NCBI GenBank assembly: GCA_035389045.1
Contig: DAOORA010000017.1
Coordinates: 1 to 64,000 of the forward strand
Reading direction: 5' to 3'
Length of the DNA: 64,000 nt
DNA from: Bacteroidales bacterium
GTDB lineage: Bacteria > Bacteroidota > Bacteroidia > Bacteroidales > CAIWKO01
Part shown: one piece after another, positions 1-9,786 of the stretch
Layout: each line of letters opens with the position of its first letter
Numbering within the stretch: position 1 is the stretch's first letter
Notes under the pieces: model-generated
Database searches by the model: none
Told to the model about the DNA's origin: nothing
Seen by the model: the letters and a program-made list of their open reading frames with translations, nothing else
Made by a program: the position numbers and the translations under genes

Positions 1-63
1 CTTATTAAAGAAATTCCTAAGGTTTTCCTTGATTTGTCTCAATTTTTAAAATTAATATCCGTT

Positions 64-462
64 ATGAATATCAAAGAAGTACCTCAGGATAATGCCGGTT
101 TTCTTAAAGAGGGCAAAGTGCGTGATGTTTGCTATGCTGTTGACGATGAGGGCAACTATACCAGGGTGCTGAGCGTTGGTTGGGATCCTAAAAACGAAGC
201 CATAAGGCAAGCATGGGAGCAAGTTGGCCAAAAAGCTGAAAAAATTCGGCAGAAAGTTTTATCGGGAAAACTCAGCCCCTTGGCATTCCATATGGTAAAA
301 GGTTTGATGAGTAAATCCTTATTGGCTCAGTATACCGGATATTCAAGGTGGAAAATAAGAAAACACATGAAGCCATCTGTTTTTAATACCTTGAGTGATG
401 AGCAACTTGGTAAATATGCAGAAGCATTGAATATCCCGGTTGAAATCCTTAAAAAAATCTGA
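64..462 (+). CDS. Hypothetical protein with C-terminal HTH (XRE-like) segment
   Basis: ORF 34..462, first ATG at 64. C-terminal 'LLAQYTGYSRWKIRKH...YAEALNIPVEIL' is HTH-like. The stop overlaps the next start (TGATG). Confidence 0.6.
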   Translation: MNIKEVPQDNAGFLKEGKVRDVCYAVDDEGNYTRVLSVGWDPKNEAIRQAWEQVGQKAEKIRQKVLSGKLSPLAFHMVKGLMSKSLLAQYTGYSRWKIRKHMKPSVFNTLSDEQLGKYAEALNIPVEILKKI

Positions 463-1463
463 TGAATATTGATTTTACACATAAAATGGCTGCTCATTGC
501 GAAAATGGCACCACGGCAAACCTGTTAAATTTTCATGGAATCAAACTTAGCGAACCTCTTGTTTTTGGGATAGGGGCGGGTTGTTTTTTTTCATATACGC
601 CCTTCATCAGGGTTAACAACCTTCCGGTTATTTCTTTCCGTCATTGGCCGGGAGTTATCTTTCGACGGACTACATCAGGACTGGGCGTGCAGGTTGAAAC
701 CATGAAGTTTTCAAGCCCGGCTAAATCGATGGATGAGCTTGATAAACTTATCGAAAAAGGAATTCCCGTGGGGCTGCTGGTGGGCGTGTTTAATCTGCCT
801 TATTTTCCGCCGGAGTACCGCTTTCATTTCAATGCACACAACCTCGTGGTCATCGGAAAACAAAATGATTTGTATTACATCAGCGACCCGGTGATGGAAA
901 ATATTGAAACACTGAACGGTAAAGAATTGCAGCGGGTACGTTTTGCAAAAGGAACCTACCCGCCCAAAGGACGTATGTACTGGATCCGGGAGACTCCTCA
1001 AACCGTAGACATAGAAAAGGCGATATCTGTGGGAATTAAAAAAAATTGCAGCTATATGCTACGCATTCCTGTCCCTCTTTTTGGTGTTAAAGGTATCCGC
1101 TACATTGCCGGCCGTTTAAAAAACTGGGATTCAAGATTTGGTGATTACAATGCCGCGTTACGGCTGGGACAGTTCATACGCATGCTCGAAGAAATCGGAA
1201 CCGGAGGTGCAGGGTTTCGTTTCATCTATGCCGCTTTTCTTCAGGAAGCAGCAACAATTCTTAATAAACCTGAACTGAAAGTACTTTCGTCAGAAATGAC
1301 CGGTATAGGTGACCGCTGGCGGAATTTTGCCGCAATGGCTGCAAAAAACTTGCGCAACAGGGGCGTTCCGGCAACACCGTACCCGCATCTTTCTCATCTT
1401 TTGTTACAGATAGCTGACCAGGAAGAAAAACTCTTCAGAAACCTGGATGGTATTTTCAAATGA
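462..1463 (+). CDS. BtrH N-terminal / DUF4872 papain-fold cysteine hydrolase-like protein
   Basis: N-terminal 'AHCENG' (putative catalytic Cys), 'HFNAHNLVVIG' (His), 'YYISDP' and C-terminal 'GTGGAGFRFIYAAFLQEA'. Confidence 0.75.
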   Translation: MNIDFTHKMAAHCENGTTANLLNFHGIKLSEPLVFGIGAGCFFSYTPFIRVNNLPVISFRHWPGVIFRRTTSGLGVQVETMKFSSPAKSMDELDKLIEKGIPVGLLVGVFNLPYFPPEYRFHFNAHNLVVIGKQNDLYYISDPVMENIETLNGKELQRVRFAKGTYPPKGRMYWIRETPQTVDIEKAISVGIKKNCSYMLRIPVPLFGVKGIRYIAGRLKNWDSRFGDYNAALRLGQFIRMLEEIGTGGAGFRFIYAAFLQEAATILNKPELKVLSSEMTGIGDRWRNFAAMAAKNLRNRGVPATPYPHLSHLLLQIADQEEKLFRNLDGIFK

Positions 1464-1493
1464 TTTGTATATAAACACTTATTATTGTGATAT

Positions 1494-1979
1494 ATGAAAA
1501 CATTTTTTGATTTTAAAGCGATCGCCATTGATGGCCCTGAAGTTAGTATGTCGGAGTTTGCGGGAAGAAAGATACTGGTGGTGAATACAGCATCAAAATG
1601 CGGTTTTACCCCTCAGTATGCCGATCTCGAACGTCTGTATCAGGAATTTGGCCCTGAAGAATTTGTGATACTGGGTTTTCCGGCCAACAACTTTTTATGG
1701 CAGGAACCAAAATCTAATGAAGAGATAGCCAGTTTTTGTTCGCTGAAGTATAATGTTACATTTCCGATGTTTGCCAAAATATCAGTGAAGGGTACAAACC
1801 AGCACCCGATCTACGAATGGCTTACTAAAAAAGAACTGAACGGGGTAGCCGATGCAAAAGTAAAATGGAATTTTCAGAAATTCATGATCAGCGAAAAGGG
1901 AGAATGGGTTGGTATGGTGCCTCCGGCCGAAACCCCATATTGCAATAAAATAATCAATTGGTTAAAAAACATTCAATGA
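1494..1979 (+). CDS. gpx: Glutathione peroxidase (Cys-type)
   Basis: Signature motifs 'VNTASKCGFTPQY', 'LGFPANNF..QEP' and 'KWNFQKF'. Confidence 0.95.
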   Translation: MKTFFDFKAIAIDGPEVSMSEFAGRKILVVNTASKCGFTPQYADLERLYQEFGPEEFVILGFPANNFLWQEPKSNEEIASFCSLKYNVTFPMFAKISVKGTNQHPIYEWLTKKELNGVADAKVKWNFQKFMISEKGEWVGMVPPAETPYCNKIINWLKNIQ

Positions 1980-2175
1980 TAGTTTCCTGTTATCCCATAC
2001 GACTGATATGACATTTTTTTTGTTAAATTTCTTAAAAAGAGATTTCCGGACTGCTCAGACACCGTGACTTGGGCTATTTCAATAACACATTATCCGGACT
2101 TTAGTCCAATATGTGAATTAATCAGGTTTAGTACTATTAGCTTTTTCCTTAGCGATGATTTCTCCAACTTGTTTT

Positions 2176-2209
2176 AAAAGAAAAAGCCATCTCATGATTG
2201 AGACAGCTT
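2176..2209 (-). terminator. Rho-independent terminator of the 2239..4626 gene
   Basis: On the minus strand: GCTGTCTCA-ATCA-TGAGATGGC stem followed by TTTTTCTTTT, about 30 nt past the stop. Confidence 0.65.
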
Positions 2210-2238
2210 CTCCAATTTATAAATTATGATGCGTTAGC

Positions 2239-4626
2239 TCAATGCACCAACTTCAATACCATGCATTTTGATTTATCCCTGCCTGTATATTCGAGTATAA
2301 AAGTGTAAAGGCCGGAAGGCAGGTCCTGTAGTGAAAAATTAACTGAATGTTTCCCGTTTTCCTGATGTTCATTAATGAGTTCACTAACCAGTTTGCCCAA
2401 AGTATTGTATGCTTTTAGCCTGACCGTTCCGTTATCAGGGATATTGTATGTAAAAGTTGCTTCACTGTTGACGGGATTGGGGTAGGCAGATAACTCGAAA
2501 TTTGATTCATGGTTGATATCCTGTACAAAGATTTTCGGCATGATCAGGTACGCATCCTCATTTTCGTTGCCATACTGGTCGCCAATCACCCCCGTGCCGG
2601 TCAATGAAAAATCAAGTATTCCCTGGTTTATATCCCTGATCGGACGGAAGCCCAATGTAATCATTTCATCATTAGCCTCAACATCGAAATGGTTTGTTGT
2701 TGCATAAACAATCCGTATTACGCCGTTTTCATCCGTTACTAATAAATCATTGTCATTGGCAATTATTTCGTCAAGAGTTGGATTTATCTTAGACGGTCTG
2801 TTCTTACTGTCAACCCTGTGCATGGACACGTTCTCCAACCGGTAATCATGGTTCGGATAGTTCAATTCCAGACCTAAGGCCGAAAAATCCTTCATTTTGT
2901 TGCTGATGCGCAAAGGAATTTCAAAATAAGAGGGATCGCCAATAGTGATATAATCGTCCGAAACCGCAACAATATTTTTTGTCAGCATTTTTGCTGCAGC
3001 CCAGTTTGTGACAGAATCCCGGTACTTAATACTTGATCCATTGTAGTCTCCATAGCAGATAGTTTTAAGGCTGATGTTTAAATCTGCACCTGAAATGATC
3101 ACATTGGTATCAATGGCCACCCAGTTGCCCTTAGGAAAGTTCTTGCTGGCAAGGTAAGGCGCTCCGACCTTGGCTTTTAATCTCGCAATGTCAACAGCAT
3201 TGATAGCTAAATTATTATCAACGTTTATAGCTTTTTTGTACTCTGCTGAGAAATTTCTGGAAGGGTCTGCCATGTTATCTGCGCCAATAAAATATTTAAC
3301 TAAAGCAACATCTATCGCATTTACATCATTGCCGGTCTGCATAGTATCTGATGCGTATTTATGGTAAGATAATTTATATTCACCATCCGGGACGCCTGAA
3401 AATTGAAAAACTCCGAGACTGTTACTGGTATCCCTTGCAATTTCCGCTCCTCCGGGAACACTTTTCATTATTACAATCACATTATCGATGGCGTATTGTA
3501 CAGCATTATACGTGGGCGGATTAGGTGCCGGGCTTCCTGTGTTGGCCTTTCCCACATAAACGGTTTTGCCGGAGAGGGTATGTCCTGTACCTGTTAAGGT
3601 AATCGAAATATTACTTCCATTGTCGGCAGCAGTCAGGGCGTAATTGGAAGAAACTACGCGTACGCGATATCCGCTGCCTGTAAGCGTGCCGGCAGGGATG
3701 GTCCCCGCTATATTCCCGGATGTCGTTGTTGCCAGTGTGCCGAGCGTGACCGGTGAAGCAAAAGACCCGTTGGCGTCCGATAGCTGCGCGGTGACAATAT
3801 TTCCGGCATTCATCGTTCCCGTGAGGGTGAAAGGAATATTGATAGGAGCACCGTTTATGGCATCAACCAAATAGGATGACGGACTAATAGTCCCTGTTGT
3901 TAATACGGGATTGTATATCAATTGCAGATCATCAGCATAGACACTATCTCCGGCAGTGCCTGTTCCGGCATCTTTACAGGTGGTGATTGAAATCAGGATA
4001 TAGTTCGGACTTGTTGCCGGCCCGTTGTAAACAAAAGGAATACTTTTTCTGACCCAAATATTCCCTGTAGTTGTATAATTTAATGTGGCTTCGGCAACAA
4101 TATGACTTGCAGAATTTCCATCAATAGGATCCCGGACATCATAATTATCATGGATTATTGCATGTATTCTGGGCTGATGACTTGAGTTACTGATCTTGGT
4201 CCTTACCCAAACGACCAGAGAATCCGGATGGGCGCCTAAGGCCTCACTGAAGGCAGGGTTATTAAAATGAGAAATATTATAATTGTTTGAATTGCTGGGT
4301 ATTATACTTCCCATATTTATTTGCCCGGTAGTTAAATTCCCGTTGGCTTTTACGCCCAGCACAGATCTTGTCCAGATAACACAACTATAGGTGCCGGTTG
4401 ATCCCGGTCTTTTAACAGTCGACCGTTTTATTTGTTGTGCAGCATTCCCGTTAAGGCTTCCTGATGCGCTCATAAAAGAATTCCAATCCGTAGGTTCCTC
4501 TGTATCTGCACCAAGGTTATCCCAGCTTTCAAAGCTGCCATTATTCACCTGAGGTGTTTGTGCATTTGATATTAAGGTTATTCCCGGAAGAATTAATCCC
4601 GCAAAAATTAAAGTTTTTAGTTTCAT
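2239..4626 (-). CDS. T9SS-secreted multidomain protein: putative carbohydrate-binding (PCMD-like) domain, Ig-like domain, dockerin-like and cohesin-like modules, type A CTD
   Basis: Signal peptide, 'NGSFESW...PTDWNS' start of a beta-sandwich, paired 'DVNAIDVAL'/'NVDNNLAINAVDIARL' loops, and C-terminal 'AYPNPVN...YNTLGKLV...LPSGLYT' CTD. Confidence 0.75.
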   Translation of the reverse strand: MKLKTLIFAGLILPGITLISNAQTPQVNNGSFESWDNLGADTEEPTDWNSFMSASGSLNGNAAQQIKRSTVKRPGSTGTYSCVIWTRSVLGVKANGNLTTGQINMGSIIPSNSNNYNISHFNNPAFSEALGAHPDSLVVWVRTKISNSSHQPRIHAIIHDNYDVRDPIDGNSASHIVAEATLNYTTTGNIWVRKSIPFVYNGPATSPNYILISITTCKDAGTGTAGDSVYADDLQLIYNPVLTTGTISPSSYLVDAINGAPINIPFTLTGTMNAGNIVTAQLSDANGSFASPVTLGTLATTTSGNIAGTIPAGTLTGSGYRVRVVSSNYALTAADNGSNISITLTGTGHTLSGKTVYVGKANTGSPAPNPPTYNAVQYAIDNVIVIMKSVPGGAEIARDTSNSLGVFQFSGVPDGEYKLSYHKYASDTMQTGNDVNAIDVALVKYFIGADNMADPSRNFSAEYKKAINVDNNLAINAVDIARLKAKVGAPYLASKNFPKGNWVAIDTNVIISGADLNISLKTICYGDYNGSSIKYRDSVTNWAAAKMLTKNIVAVSDDYITIGDPSYFEIPLRISNKMKDFSALGLELNYPNHDYRLENVSMHRVDSKNRPSKINPTLDEIIANDNDLLVTDENGVIRIVYATTNHFDVEANDEMITLGFRPIRDINQGILDFSLTGTGVIGDQYGNENEDAYLIMPKIFVQDINHESNFELSAYPNPVNSEATFTYNIPDNGTVRLKAYNTLGKLVSELINEHQENGKHSVNFSLQDLPSGLYTFILEYTGRDKSKCMVLKLVH

Positions 4627-4652
4627 AGTTCTTAGTTTAAAAAAATAGGCGG

Positions 4653-4660
4653 CAAAAGTA
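4653..4660 (-). promoter_or_regulatory. Bacteroidota sigma-ABfr -7 promoter element (TACTTTTG)
   Basis: Matches the TAnnTTTG consensus, about 27 nt upstream of the 4626 ATG. Confidence 0.55.
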
Positions 4661-4762
4661 AAAATTTTTCTAACACCATTCCAATTTCATTAATCCGTAT
4701 TGATATCCACGGATTAAGTATTTGAAAATCAAAATATGTTTGTAATATTACTATAAACAGCG

Positions 4763-6178
4763 TTATTCAGTAACGGTGTTTTTTATCCATTGTGCCAGGT
4801 AGTCCAGAACTTCCGGCGAAAAGGTCTCTTCAATATCGGCATATTCCGAAGGGGAGCCGGTGGCTGAATGTTGAAATAAATGATTCAGTCCGGCAAATTC
4901 TTTGACCGTAACGTTTAAATTTCCGGCACGGGAAAGATATTTCTTTATCGCAGCAAGGTTCTCGGCAGGCGGAACCTGAAGGTCGTTGCTTCCGGCTATG
5001 GCCAGAACGTGACAGTGAACCTTTGTCAGGGCAACTTTAGGGTCGCAGGTCAAAAAATAACGGAACCAGGGAGTTATCAGTTGGTAAACGCCCTGTACGA
5101 GGATCTTTTTATCCAAACCCTTGCTCTGTATGGTTTCAGGGCTTATGGTGGCCCAGTAATCGTCAATAAGTTTTCTCATTTTTCCGGCAGCTTTCCTGTC
5201 GTCTTTTTCATTTACAGCTATGTTATACAGCTTTTTATTCAGCCGGGTATTATTTTCAATTTCCTGTTCCGGCGTGCTGTCTGCACGGGCAATCCTTTCC
5301 GACTGAAGCAGTAGGATGTCTTTACCTTTCAGCCCGGGGCCGGCAAGCATAACAATAAATGCAACATCCTTATTCCTTGAGGCTATGATGGGAGCGATCA
5401 GCCCGCCTTCGCTATGGCCAATGATGCCGGTCTTTTTGGGATTGATCCGTTGGTCTGCCACCAGGAATTCAAAAGCGGCTTCGGCATCACCGGCAAAATC
5501 AGCCGTGGTAGCCGATGAAAAACCCCCTTTTGATTTTCCGGTTCCCCGGTCATCATAGCGAAGCACTGCAATGCCATTTCGCGTGAGGTAATCAGAAATA
5601 ACCAGAAAAGGTTTGTGCCCCAGCAGTTCTTCATCGCGGTTTTGCGGGCCCGAACCGGTGACAAGTACCACCGCCGGAAAATTTTCCCCGGAAGATGGCA
5701 GTGTCAGCGTCCCCGAAAGAGAAACCCCGGCTTTGTCATTGGTAAAAGTAACTTCTTCTTCCTTATACGGAAAAGGCCTCCGTGGTTCCTGCGGACGGTT
5801 CAGTTCAGGAAGCTTTTCCACCCTCAGCAGGGTGAGCGGAATTTTAAGGCCCTGCATCCAGTTTCCTGTAAGTGTATCTGACGATTTATTTATTTTGCCT
5901 TTATAAGAAGCGCGGATTTCTGCGGAATTTATTTTTAGGGTATCATTATAAAACTCTGTTTTATCGACTTTTATATCCATTACCCCCTGGTCGGGACTCA
6001 TTAGTTTTGAAATTAATATTCCTGATGAGTCTTTAACCAACAAACCAATTTTTAGCTTGCTGACTCCTGTGTTCAGCGTGCCCAGCCAGTTCCCGGTAAA
6101 CCTGTGCATATCAAGCTGTGCCGGGCTGAGAAAGGAAATCATTAATGCCGCAAGCAGAACTGCAATTCTTTTGGTCAT
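4763..6178 (-). CDS. Secreted alpha/beta-hydrolase (serine peptidase/esterase)
   Basis: 'GSGPQNRDE', 'LRYDDRG', nucleophile elbow 'GHSEGG', 'DLQV', 'GLNHLFQ'. The signal-peptide-like N-terminus starts at ATG 6178 (the ORF call starts at 6205). Confidence 0.88.
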   Translation of the reverse strand: MTKRIAVLLAALMISFLSPAQLDMHRFTGNWLGTLNTGVSKLKIGLLVKDSSGILISKLMSPDQGVMDIKVDKTEFYNDTLKINSAEIRASYKGKINKSSDTLTGNWMQGLKIPLTLLRVEKLPELNRPQEPRRPFPYKEEEVTFTNDKAGVSLSGTLTLPSSGENFPAVVLVTGSGPQNRDEELLGHKPFLVISDYLTRNGIAVLRYDDRGTGKSKGGFSSATTADFAGDAEAAFEFLVADQRINPKKTGIIGHSEGGLIAPIIASRNKDVAFIVMLAGPGLKGKDILLLQSERIARADSTPEQEIENNTRLNKKLYNIAVNEKDDRKAAGKMRKLIDDYWATISPETIQSKGLDKKILVQGVYQLITPWFRYFLTCDPKVALTKVHCHVLAIAGSNDLQVPPAENLAAIKKYLSRAGNLNVTVKEFAGLNHLFQHSATGSPSEYADIEETFSPEVLDYLAQWIKNTVTE

Positions 6179-6290
6179 AGGTTGTGTATAAGGATGAATA
6201 AACAAATGTATTACAAAAAGAACCGCCGGTAATTAAAAGTGAAATATTTTCAGGAAAACTGTATTTTTGTAAATCTGAAATACCGGTCAT

Positions 6291-7391
6291 TTGTCTACAA
6301 AACCAAATAAAAGCGCCCTTAAAGTTCAGCCGGGTATTGAACCCCCGGTCACGGTGAACAAAGATGCTGTTTTGCGGCTCAGGCAAAAAAAATCACCGGC
6401 GATGTCCCTAAAGGACATGCTCGATGGCATTTTATCGGGCAACATTACTGTGCTGAGCAGGGCAATAACGCTGGTCGAAAGTTCGCTTCCGGAACATCAG
6501 CTACTTTCACAACAGCTCATTGAAGCCTGCCTGCCTTATTCGGGACATTCCTTACGAATTGGGTTTACCGGCGTTCCCGGAGTAGGCAAAAGCACGCTTA
6601 TCGAGACATTAGGAAAATATATAACACAGCATAAATATAAGCTGGCCGTATTGGCTATTGATCCAAGCAGTTATCGGACCAAAGGCAGTATTCTGGGAGA
6701 TAAAACGCGTATGGAAACACTGTCGGCCGATCCGGATGCTTTTATAAGGCCGTCACCGTCAGCAGGGACACTGGGCGGGGTAGCCCGTAAAACATGGGAA
6801 ACGATTATCTTGTGTGAAGCTGCAGGATTTAATGTAATATTTGTAGAAACCGTAGGGGTGGGTCAGTCGGAAGTGCTGGTGCACTCCATGGTTGATTTTT
6901 TCCTGCTGCTGATGCTCGCAGGCGCCGGAGATGAGCTGCAGGGCATTAAAAGAGGCATCATGGAAATGGCCGATGCTATCGTGATAAATAAAGCCGATGG
7001 CGATAATATTCATAAGGCTGAAATAGCCCGGACGGAATATCAAAAAGCTTTGAATCTCTTCCCTTTGCCTTCTTCCGGATGGCAGCCTTTAGTTGCCATT
7101 TGTTCGGCACGCGCCAATACGGGAATAAAAGAATTATGGAAAATAATGGACGACTATTTCCTGTATACAAAAAATAACGGATATTTTTATGCCAAAAGAA
7201 CGGAACAGGCGCTCACAAGAATGCATTATGCCCTGAAAGAACAGTTGTTTGTTGATTTTTACGGGAACAGGAAAATTGAAACCCGGATCAGAAGTATCGA
7301 AAGCGATATTGCAAAAAACAAGGTCAGTTCGTACATTGCAGCACGGGACCTATTAGATTTATATTATGATTCTCTGAAACAAAACGATTGA
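6291..7391 (+). CDS. meaB: Methylmalonyl-CoA mutase-associated GTPase MeaB/ArgK
   Basis: 'GFTGVPGVGKST', 'AIDPSS', 'ILGDKTRM', 'ETVGVGQSE', 'QGIKRGIME', 'NKAD'. Confidence 0.95.
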   Translation: MSTKPNKSALKVQPGIEPPVTVNKDAVLRLRQKKSPAMSLKDMLDGILSGNITVLSRAITLVESSLPEHQLLSQQLIEACLPYSGHSLRIGFTGVPGVGKSTLIETLGKYITQHKYKLAVLAIDPSSYRTKGSILGDKTRMETLSADPDAFIRPSPSAGTLGGVARKTWETIILCEAAGFNVIFVETVGVGQSEVLVHSMVDFFLLLMLAGAGDELQGIKRGIMEMADAIVINKADGDNIHKAEIARTEYQKALNLFPLPSSGWQPLVAICSARANTGIKELWKIMDDYFLYTKNNGYFYAKRTEQALTRMHYALKEQLFVDFYGNRKIETRIRSIESDIAKNKVSSYIAARDLLDLYYDSLKQND

Positions 7392-7490
7392 TTTATCAGA
7401 AAAAACCAATGTTCTGAAATATTCTGTTCCCCAACTTCGTTATTTTAAAGAAAATCTTATATTTTTGTTTAACAAAATAAACTTCAAACC

Positions 7491-8336
7491 ATGAAAAAAA
7501 TCAGATTTTTTTGCTTTGGTCTTGCTGCTTTATTGGTAGCAGGAATGGTTATTTTTTCTTCATGCAAAAAAGAAGAAGATGATAATCAATACAGTTATCG
7601 GGCGGCACAGGATAATTCGAGGGCCGAAGGAGCTTTTAACCGCTGCTATTCAGAGATTCAGAAAGCGGCACGGCAGGTCGGGAACAAAAGTACCAACGAC
7701 ACCATAAACGGTTGTCCCACCTTATATATCACCGGTACATGGCCTAAAACCCTTACCCTTGATTACGGAAGCACCGGTTGTGCATGTAATGATGGCGTGA
7801 CACGCAAAGGACAGATCATCACCGTTATTACCGGGCTTTATGTGGACTCCAACTCGGTAGCCACTTCCACCTTCAATAATTTTTCGGAAACCATAAACGG
7901 TGTGGAACATAATATTACAGGCACACAAACCATCACTAACCTGGGACATAACGCACAGGGACACCCTCATTTTTCGGTCGATGTGCAAAATGCCAGTGTT
8001 TCCTATACCGAAGGAACCATTCACTGGACTTCGCAGCGCGAAAATGAATGGATATTAGGATATGACACTTATTTAAATCCATTTGATGACGAATACAGTG
8101 TGACCGGTTCGGCAAACGGAACCGACATCAACGGTGCTTCATTCAGTGTCAATATCACCTCACCGCTGATTTGCAAATACTGTATGTCCATGTGGCGATG
8201 GATAGTTACTTCGGGAGCCCTCGACATTATTAACCCCGGATATCCCAATATTACCGTCGACTATGGCAACGGCGACTGCGATTTGATCGTCTATGTGATC
8301 ATTAACGGAACATCATACACCATTGTCCTGACGTAA
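7491..8336 (+). CDS. Hypothetical lipoprotein (beta-rich)
   Basis: SPII lipobox 'FSSCKKEEDD' with a K/E/D-rich export signal, several Cys and a beta-strand pattern. Confidence 0.75.
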   Translation: MKKIRFFCFGLAALLVAGMVIFSSCKKEEDDNQYSYRAAQDNSRAEGAFNRCYSEIQKAARQVGNKSTNDTINGCPTLYITGTWPKTLTLDYGSTGCACNDGVTRKGQIITVITGLYVDSNSVATSTFNNFSETINGVEHNITGTQTITNLGHNAQGHPHFSVDVQNASVSYTEGTIHWTSQRENEWILGYDTYLNPFDDEYSVTGSANGTDINGASFSVNITSPLICKYCMSMWRWIVTSGALDIINPGYPNITVDYGNGDCDLIVYVIINGTSYTIVLT

Positions 8337-8399
8337 GATTTGTTTGTAACCCGATGGCCTGTTACAGATTTCTGTGACAGGCTTTATTATAACTTTCCG

Positions 8400-9203
8400 A
8401 TGAAAAATATAGCTCTCGTTGTCCTTATACTGTTAATCATCTATCTGCTGGCCTTTGTATTTATTTATGTTTTTCAGAGATGCCTGGTTTTTAATCCGCA
8501 AAAAGGTTCGTCATCCCCTCCTGAAGATCTCAATATCAGAGAACTATGGATAACCACAAAGGACGGACAAAAGCTCCATGCCTGGTGGATGCCTTCGGAA
8601 CTGGCAGAATATACGGTGTTGTTTTTTCACGGTAACGCAGGAAATATATCACGGGGAGAAAAAAGGATGCGCCTTTTTCGTGAGATGGGCTGCAACGCAT
8701 TTGCAGTCGAATATCGCGGTTATGGCATCAGTACCGGAAAAATCAAAAAGGAAGAAGATGTCTTTGCAGATGCAGATGCTTCATGGGAATATCTTATCAC
8801 TAAACTCGGAATACCGGAAGAAAAGATTATTATATGGGGATGGTCGATGGGCGGAGCCGTAGCAGTGAATCTGGCACAGCAGAAAAATTGCCATGCCCTG
8901 GTGATGGAATCTACTTTTTACAGCCTGGCCGACATGGCGCCGGGATATTTTTTGCTCTTTCCCAAAAAACTGCTGATGAGGTATTATTTTAAATCGGGAG
9001 AAAAACTATCAAATATAAAAGTTCCGGTTTTATTCATACACAGCAGAACGGATGAAACGGTACCCTACACTCAGGGTGTAAGGCTGTATGAAACCTTTTC
9101 CGGCACAAAAAAATTTATGGAGATCACAGGTGACCACAATCATGGTGTCTTTGACTCACAGGAAAAGTTTCTTCCCGAAGCAATGCAATTTCTAAGGTTA
9201 TAA
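8400..9203 (+). CDS. Alpha/beta hydrolase (ABHD13/BEM46-like) with N-terminal membrane anchor
   Basis: 'FFHGNAGNI', 'EYRGYG', 'WGWSMGGAVA', 'HSRTDETVP', 'GDHN'. ATG at 8400 preferred over the ORF call at 8340. Confidence 0.88.
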   Translation: MKNIALVVLILLIIYLLAFVFIYVFQRCLVFNPQKGSSSPPEDLNIRELWITTKDGQKLHAWWMPSELAEYTVLFFHGNAGNISRGEKRMRLFREMGCNAFAVEYRGYGISTGKIKKEEDVFADADASWEYLITKLGIPEEKIIIWGWSMGGAVAVNLAQQKNCHALVMESTFYSLADMAPGYFLLFPKKLLMRYYFKSGEKLSNIKVPVLFIHSRTDETVPYTQGVRLYETFSGTKKFMEITGDHNHGVFDSQEKFLPEAMQFLRL

Positions 9204-9390
9204 GAATATTTGTTATTTTTGCCGGTCATCATCAGAAGAACACCCTGCCGGAAAGCAGAACTTTAACACAGGAGCTATTTATAGATTGATGCATAAAAGG
9301 GAAGAAACAAGGTATGGAAACGGCGGAAAATACAGTGATGTGGCAGCGGGACGCTGATGTAATAAAAAATTATGATCATATAATTATACA

Positions 9391-9612
9391 ATGAGGTTTA
9401 ATATGAAAGGTTTGAGAGTATTTGTTGCCATTTTTTCAATATTTATGGTATTATCCTGTGGCCAGGGACAGAAAGAAACGACCCTGCAGGAAAAAGAAAA
9501 AGATTCGATCATGAACCTGGAGCGGGATCAGGCGCTGGATAATGCAGACAAATTACTGCAAAGGCAGGATTCTATCGATGCCGTCAACGACACGGCTACC
9601 GGGGCAAAATAA
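9391..9612 (+). CDS. Small lipoprotein
   Basis: Signal peptide with lipobox 'VLSCGQG' and a charged mature part. Confidence 0.65.
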   Translation: MRFNMKGLRVFVAIFSIFMVLSCGQGQKETTLQEKEKDSIMNLERDQALDNADKLLQRQDSIDAVNDTATGAK

Positions 9613-9786
9613 ATAAAATACCTTTGCTTTTTTGTCAAAACAGCTTGACTTATAATGTTTTAGCCTTTATGGTTTTTTTATGCCTTTATCACCTTTATTT
9701 CCAAAATAAATCACTAAATTCGCAGCCTGAAATGCAAATAAGAATTAATAATCATAATATCAGCAATTTAAACAAGAAAAATTGAC

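Noticed and set aside
1494..1979. Selenocysteine glutathione peroxidase
   Set aside because: The active-site codon is TGC (Cys) and there is no in-frame TGA.
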